From NCBI RefSeq assembly GCF_009914755.1, contig NC_060928.1: a stretch of 64,000 nucleotides of DNA; one strand, 5' to 3'. Numbering within the stretch: position 1 is the stretch's first letter; each line of letters starts with the position of its first letter. The notes beneath the pieces are model-generated. The model ran no database searches. It was not told the origin of the DNA and worked only from the letters and a program-made list of their open reading frames with translations. Made by a program: the position numbers and the translations under genes. Source of the stretch: the human T2T-CHM13v2.0 reference genome, Homo sapiens. This document shows, piece after piece, positions 31,212 to 51,735 of this stretch.

Positions 31212-31982
31212 TGAACATTGATGTGAAAATTCTCAATAAAAGATTGGCAAACCAAATCCAGCAGCATATCAAAAAGCTTATCCACCAAGATCAAGTCGGT
31301 TTCATCCCTGGGATGCAAGGCTGGTTCAATGTATGCAAATCAATAAACATAATCCATCACATAAACAGAACCAAAGACAAAAATCACATGATTATCTCAA
31401 TAGATGCAGAAAAGGCCTTCGACAAAATTCAACAGCCTACATGCTAAAAACTCTCAATAAACTAGGTATTGATGGAACGTATCTCAAAATAATAAGAGCT
31501 ATTTATGACAAACCCACAGCCAGTATCATACTGAATGGGCAAAAACTGGAAGCATTCCCTTTGAAAACTGGCACAAGAGAGGGATACCTTCTCTTACCAC
31601 TCCTATTCAACATAGTGTTGGAAGTTCTGGCCATGGCAATCAGGCAAGAGAAAGAAATAAAGGTTTTCAATTAGGAAAAGAGGAAGTCAAACTGTCCCTG
31701 TTTGCAGATGACATGATTGTATATTTAGAAGATCCCATCATCTCAGCTGCAAATCTCCTTAGGCTGATAAGCAACTTCAGCAAAGTCTCAGGATACAAAA
31801 TCAATGTGCAAAAATCACAAACATTCTTATACACCAATAACAGGCAAACAGAGAGCCAAATTATGAGTGAACTCCCATTTACAATTGCTACAAAGAGAAT
31901 AAAATACCTAGGAATCCAACTTACAAGGGATGTGAAGGACCTCTTGAAGGAGAACTACAAACCACTGTTCAATGAAATAAAA

Positions 31983-32147
31983 GAGGACACAAACAAATGG
32001 AAGAACATTCCATGCTCATGGATAGGAAGAATCAAAATCGTGAAAATGGCCATACTGCCCAAAGTGAGGCACAAACAAATGGAAGAACATTCCATGCTCA
32101 TGGATAGGAAGAATCAAAATCGTGAAAATGGCCATACTGCCCAAAGT
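31983..32147 (+). repeat. 82-83 bp tandem duplication inside L1 ORF2
   Basis: 31983-32065 repeated at 32066-32147 with a 1 bp difference. Confidence 0.92.
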
Positions 32148-32903
32148 AATTTATAGATTCAATGCCATCCCCATCAAGCTACCACTGACTTTCTTCACAG
32201 AATTGGAAAAAACTACTTTAAAGTTCATATGGAACCAAAAAAGAGCCCGCAGTGCCAAGACAATCCTAAACAAAAAGAACAAAGCTGGAGGCATCACGCT
32301 ACCTGACTTCAAACTGTACTACAAGGCTACAGTAACCAAAAGAGCATGGTACTGGTACCAAAACAGAGATATAGACCAATGGAACAGAACAGCAGCCTCA
32401 GAGATAACACCACACATCTACAGCCATCTGAACTTTGACAAACCTGACAAAAACAAGAAATGGGGAAAGGATTCCCTATTTAATAAATGGTGCTGGGAAA
32501 ACTAGCTATCCATATGTAGAAAGCTGAAACTGGATCCCTTCCTTACACCTTATACAAAAGTTAATTCAAGATTGATTAAAGACTTAAATGTGAGACCTAA
32601 AACCATAAAATCCCTAGAAGAAAACCTAGGCAATACCATTCAGGACATAGGCATGGGCAAGGACTTCACGTCTAAAACACCAAAAGCAATGGCAACAAAA
32701 GCCAAAATTGACAAATGGGAACTAATTATATGAAAGAGCTTCTGCACAGCAAAAGAAACTACCATCAGAGTGAACAGGCAACCTACAGAATGGGAGAAAA
32801 TTTTTGCAATCTACCCATGTGACATAGGGTTAATATCCAGAATCTACAAAGAACTTAAACACATTTACAAGAAAAAAACAACCCCATCAAAAAGTGGGCA
32901 AAG

Positions 32904-33295
<392 letters not shown>

Positions 33296-36200
33296 TCAGA
33301 GAAATGCAAATCAAAACCACAATGAGATACCATCTCACACCAGTTAGAATGGTGATCACTAAAAAGTCAGGAAACAACAGGTGCTGGAGAGGATGTGGAG
33401 AAATTGGAACGCTTTTACACTATTGGTAGTGTAAACTAGTTCAACCACTGTGGTAGACAGTGTGGTGATTCCTCAAGGATCTAGAACTAGAAATACCATT
33501 TGCCTCAGTGATCCCATTACTGGGTATATACCCAAAGAATTGTAAATCATGCCACTATAAAGATACATGCACAGATATGTTTATTGCGGTACTATTCACA
33601 ATAGCAAAGACTTGGAACCAACCTAAATGTCCATCAATAATAGACTGGATTAAAAAAATGTGGCACATACTATGCAGCCATTAAAAAGGGTGAGTTCATG
33701 TCCTTTATAGCAACATGGATGAAGTGGGAAACCATCATTCTGAGCAAACTATCGCAAGAACAGAAAACCAAACACTGCATGTTCTCACTCATAGGTGGGA
33801 ATTGAATAATGAGAACACTTGGACACAGGGTGGGAAACATCACACACTGAGGTGGGGGAATGGGGGAGGGATAGCATTAGGAGAAATACCTAATGTAAAT
33901 GATAAGTTAATGAGTGCAGCAAACCAACACGGGCACATGTATACATATGTAACAAACCTGCACATGTACCCTAGAACTTAAAGTATAATTTAAAAAAAGT
34001 AAAATAATGAAAAAGAATAGTGACTGTACATCACATAGCCTGCTGCCTGGCACATATACATACTCAGGAAATCTTTTTCTTTTTTATTCCATTCCCTGTT
34101 CTAGTAGTCCAGAAGACATGATGAGTGTCTGAACTAAGACAACAACACTGGAAATGGAAACAATTTGATGGATTTGAAAGAGATTTTAAGGATGATTTGG
34201 GAACTGATCAGATACGGGGTCTATGAGAAAAAGAAAAGATAATGATCACCTTCAAGTATCTAGGTTGTGTAATTGGCTAGAAGTTACTTGACATGAGATA
34301 GAGGATACAGGAGGAGGAACAGGGCTGTTAGTGAAGGTGATAAGCTGAGTTAAGTTACAGAGACATATCAAATATTCAAGTGGAACCCTTCAGTAGACAC
34401 TTGGAATTCATTATTTTAATTCATACGTTTGATTTCACTCTTTCTCTTGGACTTCACATGTAATCCTATTATATTTATCTTTGAAATATATCCAGAATAC
34501 AGCCAGTTTTTGTCACCACCACTGCTATATCCAAGCTTCCCAACTGGTCTTCCTACTTCTACCTTTTCCCACCTAGAATCTGTTCTTAGCACAGCTTCCG
34601 GAGGAAGGCCTTTAAATGCAATTCAGAATAAGCCACTCTTCTGCTATCCAGTGGCTTCCCATCTTATTCTACTTATTAAATAAAAGCCCATTTGATTTGA
34701 TATCCCATTACCTGTCTGAGTTCATCTCTGGTTACTGTCCTTCTGATTGGTCTTACTCCAGCTACTTTAGCCTCCTTGCTTACCCCTGGCTTCCTCCCAG
34801 GTGAGTGTCTTTGCTCTTTGTTTTATCTGCTGGCAATGATTTTTCCCTAAATGTCTACCTGCATGTTCCCTCACTACTTGTGTCTTTGCTTAAATATCAC
34901 CTTCTTAGTAAAGGTTTCACTGGCTCTTCTGCTTGGAACTCCTTATACCCTTTCCAGCTTTGTTTTCCTCCACAGCATCTATCATGACGTATGTAACATA
35001 CTATTGATTTATTTTGCTTATTGCTTGCCTTTTTCCATTACAAAGGAAGCTCCACAGGGGCAAGAGCTTTTCAATTCTGTTTTGTTCCCTGCTTCAGCAG
35101 TCACACAGGGTCAAATAATTGACAACACTCACAAGACTTCTCAGGGTACACCCACATGTGGCTTTCTTTCAGCAAGAGAAAGAATGAACCTGCAAACACA
35201 AAGAGATCCACACTTCTGACAGAGCTCTCAGGGCCCTTTCTCAGTTACACAGGATGTGTTTAGATTTTCAGTTATAAACCATCAAGATACATGTGAGATA
35301 TCTTGGCCTAGAGAGCCAAGACACAAGTTTTTTGAGGGGTCGTTTCTACCCAACTGGTTATATCAGATGCAAACCACCAATCTACATTTTCAATAAACAA
35401 TGTAAATAAACAGTTGTGGAATGCCTCCAGGTTAGTTTTGGTCATAAAAATAGCATATTACAACTGACTAGTTAGTACATGTCACTGCATCTTGGCCAAG
35501 GGTCACTACCAGACTTCCAGGTATTTCTGGAGATTAGCATAACACTACCACAAGTCAGCTGTAAGTTAATCCTGTCTTTGACTGCACTGTCCCCAAGTAG
35601 AACAGTGCTTAGCACAATCTGCTCAATAAATATTTACTGAATGAATGAATAAATGAATCAATGAATGAAGGTTTCACATTTTATCTCTTTACATTTGCTA
35701 AAGTAAAACTTGGTTAGAAATTATTTCAGAACTTTTGGAATTGTAAACAGTTTACTTTGAATGTTGAAGAGACAGGTTAGTAAAAAACTGCCTTTATGAT
35801 GATGGCTTTATTTCTCTTAGCTTACTAAAAGTTTCTCCCAAACTCTTCCCTTTTCTAGCACTTAAAAGCTGAAACTTTATGTAATTTTTATATTCTTATT
35901 CTTATTCTTATTATGTTTTCTCCTTAATAGCTCGTAACATTGTTTCTTTGAGGACAGTTCCTTAATTGATCTTTTATTACTCATGCTGAGATCTTTTTAA
36001 AATTACGAATATTTTAAATAATTATTTCCTTAATTACAGTTTCTACATTTCTAATATTTTTATTTTTCTGTTACTCATGTATTTACAGTTTTTTCTCCTT
36101 TTCCTGTCTTTTATGTTTGTCAGTTTCCCTTGTAGTATGATTCCTTATTTATGTAATTAGGCTAAAATTGTGCTGTTAGGTAATTAGGCTAAAATTGTAG

Positions 36201-36385
36201 ATTCTTTGCTAATTTTTTTTTAAACAAATACTATTTATATTTATAGTGTCAATATAGTGTTTGCAATTTTAGGAAACTTTTTTGGTATTATAGCATATAT
36301 TTTATCAGCTGTTAGCTATCAGTTCATTAATGTCTTCCTCAAATATGATAGCGTTTCTGTCATCATAATCTCCTCCACTAGATTC

Positions 36386-36774
36386 TTTTTTTTCCCAATA
36401 CCCCCAGCATTTTTGACAGCTTTATTGAGCTAGAATTTTTACAGCATAAATTTCAGCCATTTAAAATATACAACTCAAGTGGTTTTCAGTATATTTACAG
36501 AATTGTGCAACATCACCACATTTTTAGAACATTTTTATTACCCAAAAAAGAAACCTTATGCCCATTTGTAGTCACCCTTCATTCTCTTCCCCATGCAGCC
36601 CTAGGCAACCACTAATCTACTTTTTGTCTCTATGAATTTGCCTGTGCTAGACATTTCATAGAAATGAAATTATACCACATATGTTTATTGTATAACCAAT
36701 GACTGGTTTCTTTTACTTAGCCTACTGTTTTCAAGTTTCATCCATGTTGTGGCATAATATCTCAACGTTCTAAC
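36386..36774 (-). other. L1 3'-transduced segment containing an old L1MB-like 3' end, with its own poly(A)
   Basis: Lies between the L1 poly(T) (36775) and TSD copy CCTCCACTAGATTC (36372-36385); minus-strand AATAAA at 36421-36426, T8 at 36386-36393. Confidence 0.8.
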
Positions 36775-43080
<6,306 letters not shown>

Positions 43081-43196
43081 CCTCCACTAGATTCCTAATA
43101 GTTTTTTTTTCTCTCTAGAGTTTTACTTAAAAATATTTTTAAAAATTATTATTATTCTGTCTTGAAAAATGCATGTTATTAGAAAAATAAAAAAGC

Positions 43197-43329
43197 ATAT
43201 GTAAGAATAAAATTTGAAATAATGCACAATGTTATTCTACAGCAATAACTACTCTTTTATTCTTACTATATGTGAGAATAAAATTTGAAATAAAATAACA
43301 CACAATGTTATTGCACAGCAATAACTACT
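43197..43329. repeat. Diverged tandem duplication, ~71-76 bp period
   Basis: TATATGT(A/G)AGAATAAAATTTGAAATAA...CACAATGTTATT..ACAGCAATAACTACT occurs twice. Confidence 0.8.
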
Positions 43330-43625
43330 ATACTTTTAAAATAACAATATATTATGAACATTTTTCATGTCATTACCCATATTAATTGAGGCATATTATA
43401 CTGTATTTTATTATATGAATTAACCATTCTTTATTTAAATAATTCCTTCTAATGAGTTATTTGTTTCATATTTTTCCAATGTAAGCTGTACTTCACTAAC
43501 ATTATTTCTTTATGATCCTAGCAAACATATTTATTTTCCTTAGAATCATATTCTATGTTTATACTTACAGAAGTAAGATTCCTACATTAAATGGTATGTC
43601 AGTATCTAAGTTGGCTTTTATCTGC

Positions 43626-43920
43626 TTTTTTTTTTTTTGAGATGGAGTGTTGCTCTGCCATCCAGGCTGGAGTGCAGTGGCACAATCTTGGCTCACTGTA
43701 ACCTCCCCCTCCCGGGTTAAAGCAATTCTCCTGCCTCAGCCTCCCGAGTAGCTGGAACTACAGGAGCACACCACCACACCCAGCTAATTTTTTGTATTTT
43801 AGTAGCAATGGAGTCTCACGATGTTGCCCAGGCTGGTTGTGAACTCTTGAGCTCAGGCACTCTGCCTGCCTCGGCCTCCCAAAGTGCTGGGATTACAGGC
43901 ATGAGCTGCTGCGCCCAGAC
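43626..43920 (-). mobile_element. AluS
   Basis: Full dimer in reverse with poly(T). Confidence 0.88.
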
Positions 43921-44020
43921 ACTTATTTTTGAAAATTATATAAATGACCTTTTTTAAGCTCTGCTTTTCAAATTTTTTTTTTCCTTGTGAGTTTGGTTTA
44001 GAGGAGATGCCCTGCAATCT

Positions 44021-44188
44021 TTCTTCTTCTTCTTCTTCTTCTTCTTCTTCTTCTTCTTCTTCTTCTTCTTCTCCTTCTCCTTCTCCTTCTCCTTCTCCTT
44101 CTCCTTCTCCTTCTCCTTCTCCTTCTCCTTCTCCTTCTCCTTCTCTCTTTCTTCTTCCTCTTCTTGTTCTTCTTCTTCTTCTTCTTCA
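44021..44188. repeat. Compound microsatellite (TTC)17(TCCTTC)12 plus degenerate TTC
   Basis: Read directly; almost pure pyrimidine on the + strand. Confidence 0.97.
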
Positions 44189-46245
44189 TTTATTTATTTA
44201 TTTTTATTTTACTTTAAGTTCTGGGGTACATGTGCAGAATGTGCAGTTTTGTTACATAGGTATACATGTGCCATGGTGGTTTGCTGCACCCATCAACATG
44301 TCACCTGCATTAGGTATTTCTCCTAATGCTGTCCCTCCCCTTGCCTCTGACCCCCTGACAGGCCCCGGTGTGTGATGTTTTCCTCCCTGTGTCCATGTGT
44401 TTTCATTGTTCAACTCTCACTTATGAGTGAGAACATACAGTGTTTGGTTTTCTGTTCTTGTGATAGTTTGCTGAGAGTGATGGTTTCCAACTTCATCCAT
44501 GTCCCTGCAAAGGACATGAACTCATCCTTTTTTATGGCTATGTAGTATTCCATGGTGTATATGTGCCACATTTTCTTTATCCAGTCTATGATTTATGGGC
44601 ATTTGGGTTGGTTCCAAGTCTTTGCTATTGTGAATGGTGCCTCAGTAAACATACATGTGCATGTGTCTTTATAGTAGAATGATTTATAATCCTTTGGGTA
44701 TATACCCAGTAATGGGATGGCTGGGTCAAATGGTATTTCTAGTTCTAGATCCTTGAGGAATCGCCACACTGTCTTCCACAATGGTTGAACTAGTTTACAC
44801 TCCCACCAACAGTGTAAAAGCATTCCTATTTCTCCACATCCTCTCCAGCATCTGTTGTTTCCTGACTTTTTAATGTTCACCATTCTAACTGGTGTGAGAT
44901 GGTTTCTCATTGTGGTTTTGATTTGCATTTCTCTAATTAGCAGTAATGATGAGCATTTTTTATATGTTTCTTGGCTGCATAAATGTCTTCTTTTGAGAAG
45001 TGTCTGTTCATATCCTTTGGCCACTTTTTGATGGGGTTATTTGTATTTTTCTTGTAAATGTGTTTAAGTTCTTTGTAGGTTCTGGATATTAGCCCTTTGT
45101 CAGATGGATAGATTGCAAAATTTTTCTCCCATTCTGTAGGTTGCCTGTTCACTCTGATGATAGTTTCTTTTGCTGTGCAGAAGCTCTTTAGTTTAATTAG
45201 ATCCCATTTGTCAATTTTGGCTTTTGTTGCCATTGCTTTTGGTGTTTTAAGACACGAAGTCTTTGCCCATGCCTGTGTCCTGAATGGTATTGCTTAGATT
45301 TTCTTCTAGGATTCCTATAGTTTTAGGTCTTATGTTTAAGTCTTTAATGCATATTGAGTTTATTTTTGTATAAGGTGTAAGGAAGGCATCCAGTTTAAGT
45401 TTTCTGCATATGGCTAGCCAGTTTTCCCAGCACCATTTATTAAATAGGCAATCTTTTCCCCATTGCTTGCTTGTATCAGGTTTGTCAAAGATCAGATGGT
45501 TGTAGATGTGTGGTGTTGTTTTGGTGGCCTCTGTTCTGTTCCATTGGCCTATATATCTGTTTTTATACCAGTACCAGTCTGTTTTGGTTACTATAGCCTT
45601 GTAGTATAGTTTGAAGTTAGGAAGTGTGATGCCTCCAGCTTTGTTCTTTTTGCTTAGGATTGTCTTGACTATGTGGGCTCTTTTTTGGTTCCATATGAAG
45701 TTTAAAGTAGTTTTTTCCGATTCTGTGAAGAAAGTCAGTGGTAGCTTTGGGGATAGCATTGAATCTATAAATTACTTTGGGCAGTATGGCCATTTTCACA
45801 ATATTGATTCTTCCCATCCATGAGCATGGAATGTTTTTCCATTTGTTTGTGTCCTCTCTTATTTCGTTGAGCAGTGGTTTGTAGTTCTCCTTGAAGAGGT
45901 TCTTCACATCCCTTGTAAATTGTATTGCTAGGTATTTTATTCCTTCGTGGCAATTGTGAATGGGAATTCATTTATGATTTGGCTCTCTGTTTGTCTGTTA
46001 TTGGTGTATAGGAATGCTTGTGATTTTTGAACATTGATTTTGTATCCTGAAACTTTGCTATAGTTGCTTATCAGCCTAAGGAGATTTTGGGCTGAGACGG
46101 TGGGGTTTTCTAAATATACAATCATGTAATCTGCAAACAGACAATTTGACTTCCACTCTTCCTATTTGAATACCCTTTATTTCTTTCTCTTGCCTGATTG
46201 CCCTGGCCAGAACTTCCAATATTATGTTGAATAGGAGTGGTGAGA
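44189..46245 (-). mobile_element. 5'-truncated L1PA7-like
   Basis: 3' part of ORF2 plus 3'UTR; TSD GAGATGCC(C/T)TGCAATCTT at 44004 and 46246 also encloses the microsatellite. Confidence 0.92.
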
Positions 46246-46703
46246 GAGATGCCTTGCAATCTTACTTCATCATCTTTCTACAAATATTGTCAATTTGTTT
46301 TTAAATGTGTTAGAATTGATTCTAAAATTTTTCCTGATAAATATTACAATCAAGCAAGATTTTTTTCTTATCACCTTCTCTGGTAAAGTGTTATAATCAA
46401 GCAATTTTTATTTTTTCTAACCACCAAAAAGTTTTTATTTTTAAGTAAATTCTTAACTTGGTAGAGTTTTGTATTGTAGATCATTCATTGGAATATAAAA
46501 CCATCCTAATTAAAGTATATTTATGGCATTATATATTAACATTTCAATATACTTTTATACTATTTTAGAATGTAATTAAAGTATGTGCATCACCCAAATA
46601 GTAATTAATTTTGTGGTGATACACTAAGAATATCCCTGCTAATTTTATAAGTGTAAACATCCTGGAAAGAAACTAACCAATTTTGTTGGATTTGTTTTTA
46701 AAG

Positions 46704-46814
46704 GTATTAATTAATCTTCGCAACCCAAATTATGAAAACGGTGATTCTCTTAGTTTCAGGACTCATTTGGGTTTAATTCAAGTTCCACTGAAAGTAAAAG
46801 ACATCCCTGAATTG
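46704..46814 (+). CDS. TBC1D19: TBC1D19 coding exon (probably exon 8), VLINLRNPNYENGDSLSFRTHLGLIQVPLKVKDIPEL
   Basis: TTTGTTTTTAAAG acceptor, TTG|GTAAGT donor; 111 nt, phase 0 to 0. Confidence 0.93.
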
Positions 46815-47309
46815 GTAAGTATAGAAACTTAAAAATAAACATCATTTAGAAGATAACCATTAGAAAAATGTTTTAATACAGCATGTATGTAAAGCAATAG
46901 GGTAATCTACTCATTAAACAAATTAATAAAGTGACGTTGATTCTTTTATTGCAAATATGTATATAGAGAGAGCAAGTTGTTTTGCTAATAGAACTAAAAA
47001 TGAGTTCACATTGACATATAAATGCTTTTGCTTATTTTGTATTTTAATAAGCAGCATAGATTTATGAGACAGCTTGTTGGGATTGAGTTGTCTGGTGGAT
47101 GGTTATAAAACTGATTGAGACAAATTGTGAGTTTTATAAGATTATTTTTAAAAAAGTACATTTTATTTAATTTCACAAACTTTTATGGAGCTTGTAACAA
47201 GATGAGGCACTTAGGGAGATGGAGAACATAAGAATTAATTAGAGACTGGCTTTGCTCTGGAGACCGTAATATTTTTGTGAGGAAGCTCATTTTAAAATGA
47301 AAAGTAGGG

Positions 47310-50300
47310 AGATTTCCTGATGGTGGAATTAAGAAATTATCACTCCTTCTTTCAAAGTCACCCTAAAACAATAAGGAGCGTAGAAATATAAATACTGTCT
47401 TTGGTGAAACTAGGAAGCCACTTATAACTCTGGGCATTAATGTATTAAGATAGAGCACTGATGATAAATGACTTAAACAGGGGAGAAGATCAAACCTAAA
47501 TGTCTCTAGAAGATAGAAAGTGTGAATGAGATTAAAGTATATTTATGGCATTATATTTTTTGCCAGTCATCAGTTTATTATCTTTCAGCTCCAAATTCTC
47601 CTTTTTGCTCTGCTTTATCATGCTAGAGCCGGACCCTATAAACGTTTCCCCTTTGCCAGCAGGCCTGATGTTAGGGTTTGTCAACAGAAGGTTCTAGAGG
47701 GACACTGCAAGGCCATAGCAGGAGGCAGGGGCTTCCATTTCTAGTTCCTGTATGTAGGAGTCAGCAGATTGGGATGCAGGAGGTTCAATAACACTCACCT
47801 CAGTAGTCCTCAATAGTCCAGGTCTAAGCTGCCCCTTGACAAGTTTTTCCACTACCCCTGGTCTGCCTTTGTGTGGCAGCTACACTGCCCCTCTACAGAG
47901 GTATGAATCTCAGCATTCAGGGCCAGGGGACCCTTTTCTAAGTTCTTAGTTTCTTCTTTGTTTACTTTCCTTTAGCCTAGAAGTCATAGTTGCTTTCTGC
48001 ATTTGCTTCTTCTGTTTTTCCCTGTTCACATTTCTGGTATGACCTATTTCCTGACTAGACACTGACTGATGCAAGAAGCAATATGATTTTCTCCATAGAG
48101 CCTTAGAAATGTTCAAGAAATGGAGGTACCACATGTCAGAGGAAACCATAGTGAGCCATAGGGCTGAAAATGTAGATTGTGTGAAAGTCTGGATCAGGAG
48201 AAGTTAGTCCCCCAGATTCCCATCACCATGCCTACTCAGATGACTCCTCCTCCCCCACAGAAGACCAGAGGTGTATTCACTAGAGATCCAGATGCAGAAA
48301 GACTGCACTCGGAGGCCTCAGACATAGAGCAGGACAGGAATGAGCTATTGAAAACAGCAATTAAGTGAAAGTCTGCTGAATGGTGAGATTAATACTCTCA
48401 TTCTTAACACCACTACCCTACTTTCCCCACCCTCCACCTTCTTTTTCCTTACCCTCAACCAACTCTAGAATGCCAGAGAAAAGACTAACAAGGATTCAGG
48501 GAACCCTTACAAAAAAGAGGTTGGCTGGCTATAAAATTGCCTCACAGTGAAGCCTACTGCATTCTATGCCTGACCCTTGCCGACAGAGCTTCCAGTCAGT
48601 TCTTTATTACCTCATTTCTAAATCGGAACGACCAACCTAGAAACCCCAGACTTTTGAATTCTTCCAGTATGAGAGGCAGAGACCAAACTAAAGCAAAACC
48701 AAACAACAACAACAATAACAAAACCCAAATAGCCAAATTAGGGAATGACCACTAATAGGCATTTCAGGTTCTGATTTACATTGACACTCACAGGATGCAA
48801 TAGACGATAACCTGGCCCCAGGTTCACTTAAATTTGTGAATGAAACAGAATGGAAAACAGCATGACAGTATACTAGCATGCCATTAGCAGGTACATCATC
48901 ACGGAGAGTCCTTACAGCCATCCAAATGCTACTTCCCAACCCTCACAAGGAAGGTATGCAACTGAAAATGACAAGTCACATAGGCACAACATAGGGAAGT
49001 CTCATACACAATAGGAATCATTTCTTGTAATGCACATAAGCATAGCTTCCAAGTCCTCTCAAGAGATACCACACAGGTGGCTAAGGCCTGTGTTTTCCAG
49101 TCAGTTTTTATACTCTACTCACAGTTTTCCATTTCAGATGTCGTTTACCAGTCAAGGATCGTATGTTTTCAGTAAATAACATTGCTTAGCAATATAGTGG
49201 GGACATTTCTCTTAGAATTTTTTTTTGTGATTCAGTACACTTTTAGGGCAACAGTGATGGGAGAAGGTAAACCCAATGTCATCTTCAAATGGACATGTTA
49301 ACCATTTATTCCCAGAAGGAGACTTTAATGAAACCATTAATATTCTCAGAAAGATAAGATATTACTCAAAACAAGAACAGAATTTCATTAATGCAAGAAA
49401 ACACTTGAGAATGAAAAGGAGGTTTTGGGATTAAGAATATAGTATGCCAAAAAATACATATCAATAGATGAGTTGAAAACAAAGCTGAGGAAATCTTTAT
49501 CAGAAGACGAAGCAAAAAGCCAAAGAAATGAAAAACAGGAGGGAAAAGATTTCTTAAATTACAAGATCAATCTACAAAGATTAACATCTGACCAAAAGGA
49601 GTTCCAGAAAAGGGAAACAGAGGGAATGTAATTAAGTTTATAAGAATTTAAGCAAGATGTGGCTGTCCAGTGAAAAGGCTTACCAAGTACCCAGTGCCGT
49701 GAATGAAAGAAGATCCCCACCAAGGCACTTGAAAACGAGAAAACTGAAATTTTTTTATAAAAGAAAAGCAGAGTATATACAGTGTCAGGAATCAGTGTGG
49801 CATCTTACTCTCAGCAGCAACACTGGAAGCCAGAAGATTTTGAAGTAATGTCTTTAAAAACCTGAGTGATTTCAAGCCTGGAATTCTATATGTAACCAAC
49901 AATCAATCAAATGTTAAGGAGGAGTAAACATTTTCTGATGTACTGATCTAAAATATTTACTCTTATTTAGGGAGCTCTTGGTAGAAGCGCTTCAAACAAG
50001 GTCATAAACAAGAAGCAAAACATGGGACCCAGAAAACAGGATCCCAACCAAAGAGAAGGAGAGTTTCCCAGAAATGATAGTAAAGAGAAGTTCCAGGACA
50101 AAGGCTGTACAACTGGACTGAAACACAACAATCCTAGATTGGAGCAGGAGGTTGGAAGGTTCCAGGATGGATGCCTGCAAGAAAAACACCAAAAGTACAG
50201 ATGATCTCACAGGCTTGACCACATGCAAAATTATATTAAGGAGGGTCTTTTCAGAGTTGTTATGGGTTTAAGAAAAAGACGTAAATGATTAGAGAAAATT

Positions 50301-50550
50301 GTATAAGTGAAAAATCAGTTTAATTATAAACAGTGTGGAAAAAAGTATAAGAATGAAAACATTGATAAGTACCACATGCCTCACCAGTGAAACATTTACA
50401 TAGTCACAATAATGCAAACTTTTAATATGGATTTAATTAAGAATTAATGATGACTGAAGGACGGAAAGAATGTGCATGAGCTAAAATCCTCATTTTCCAT
50501 ATAAAATCAATAGATGATATCTGAAACTGCTGCATGTAGAGGCAATTTCA
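47310..50550 (+). mobile_element. Ancient L1M/HAL1-like remnant with nested insertions, including an ERVL LTR-like piece at ~47560-48065 (approximate)
   Basis: A-rich + strand; ORF1-like peptide EKAYQVPSAVNERRSPPRH and motifs CTCAGCAGCAACACTGGAAGCCAGAAGA and GAATTCTATA. Confidence 0.5.
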
Positions 50551-51735
50551 TATGAATATTAGGTGATGACACTCTGAAACCAGCCAACTTGAAGGAGTTT
50601 GCTAGGTAAAAAAGCAGGGAAAGGATAATTTAGACAAAGTTTCAGCTTATGTGTGAATGAGACTACTATGTATTCTGTCTGTCTGAAGAGACCCTAAACT
50701 GATGCGAATGCATTCTTAGCTATTGGAGAACCAAAAGCTTGTAGCTAATTTTCAAGAAATTGTAGCTATATGATTAAGAGTATAGTTAGTCCTTTTATTC
50801 CTCAGTCATTATGGGTAGTTGTCCCTGCCTTGCCTATATCATGCAGCCTGGCAATATAATGATTCTGACTCCAGGATACTTGGTTTATCTGTGACCCTGG
50901 TCTGTCTGTGCGAGTATTGAACTTGGTGAGGCTCAGTGAGTCCTGTGATCCTGTAATGGATAGCCCTTAAACCTAATTACAAGGTTAAGTAGACTCATAC
51001 ATATTAAACAGAAATTCCTTATAACTGAGATGTATTAACTCTAAAGTGTAGTTGTGATAAATTCCTATTTACTAATTTGGTTATGTGGAGACAGCTAGTT
51101 AGGACTAGAGCTAAGTAGTGTGGTTCAATATTTATTGAACCCTTTTGTTATGTCAGGCCCTGTGCCAAGTAGTAAAGCAGAGTGCAAATGTGTGTAAGAG
51201 ACAGTGCTTGTCTTCCAAGAGCTGCAGGCTAGTGGAGAGGTGGGCAGTAAAAATACAGTTTCAATATGATGTGATTGTGTGCTTGGGTAGAGGTTGATAA
51301 AGGATAATATATGTGCATAAAAAGTTGTTTATATCAGCCTGGAATGTCAAGGGAGGCTTCTCTGAAGATGTCATACCTGGGGTGAGTTTTGAAGGAAATC
51401 TGAGATTAGGGTCCATGTCTGCTGACATTGAGTTAAAAATAGTCCAGAGCAATGAAGTAGGAAATTGATGTCCAGAGTTCTGTTCATGCTTTTTAACATG
51501 TCCTAGCCTAAGTAAAACTCTCCATTTTAATTATAGAACCTAATATTAAAGCATTTGTTGGGTATAAGTCCCTTTTGCAGTATGAAGATTAAGGTTATTT
51601 TTAAAAAGAAAAATACAAATGATTTCAATTACAGAAGAGTGCCTTAAAATAAATGGAAAACAATGGTTGAAAATGGAAGAATAACACATTTTTACCTCTT
51701 CAGTCATTAGAAATTGGTAACATAAGATGCAGTAC

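Noticed and set aside
36153-36198. GTAATTAGGCTAAAATTGT direct repeat as a CRISPR-like or regulatory array
   Set aside because: Only two copies in AT-rich intron; simple slippage duplication. No CRISPR or prokaryotic features in the window.
43944-44375. Poly-Ser/SP ORF (+) and poly-Arg ORF (43998-44189, -)
   Set aside because: Translations of the TTC/TCCTTC microsatellite; no evidence of coding function
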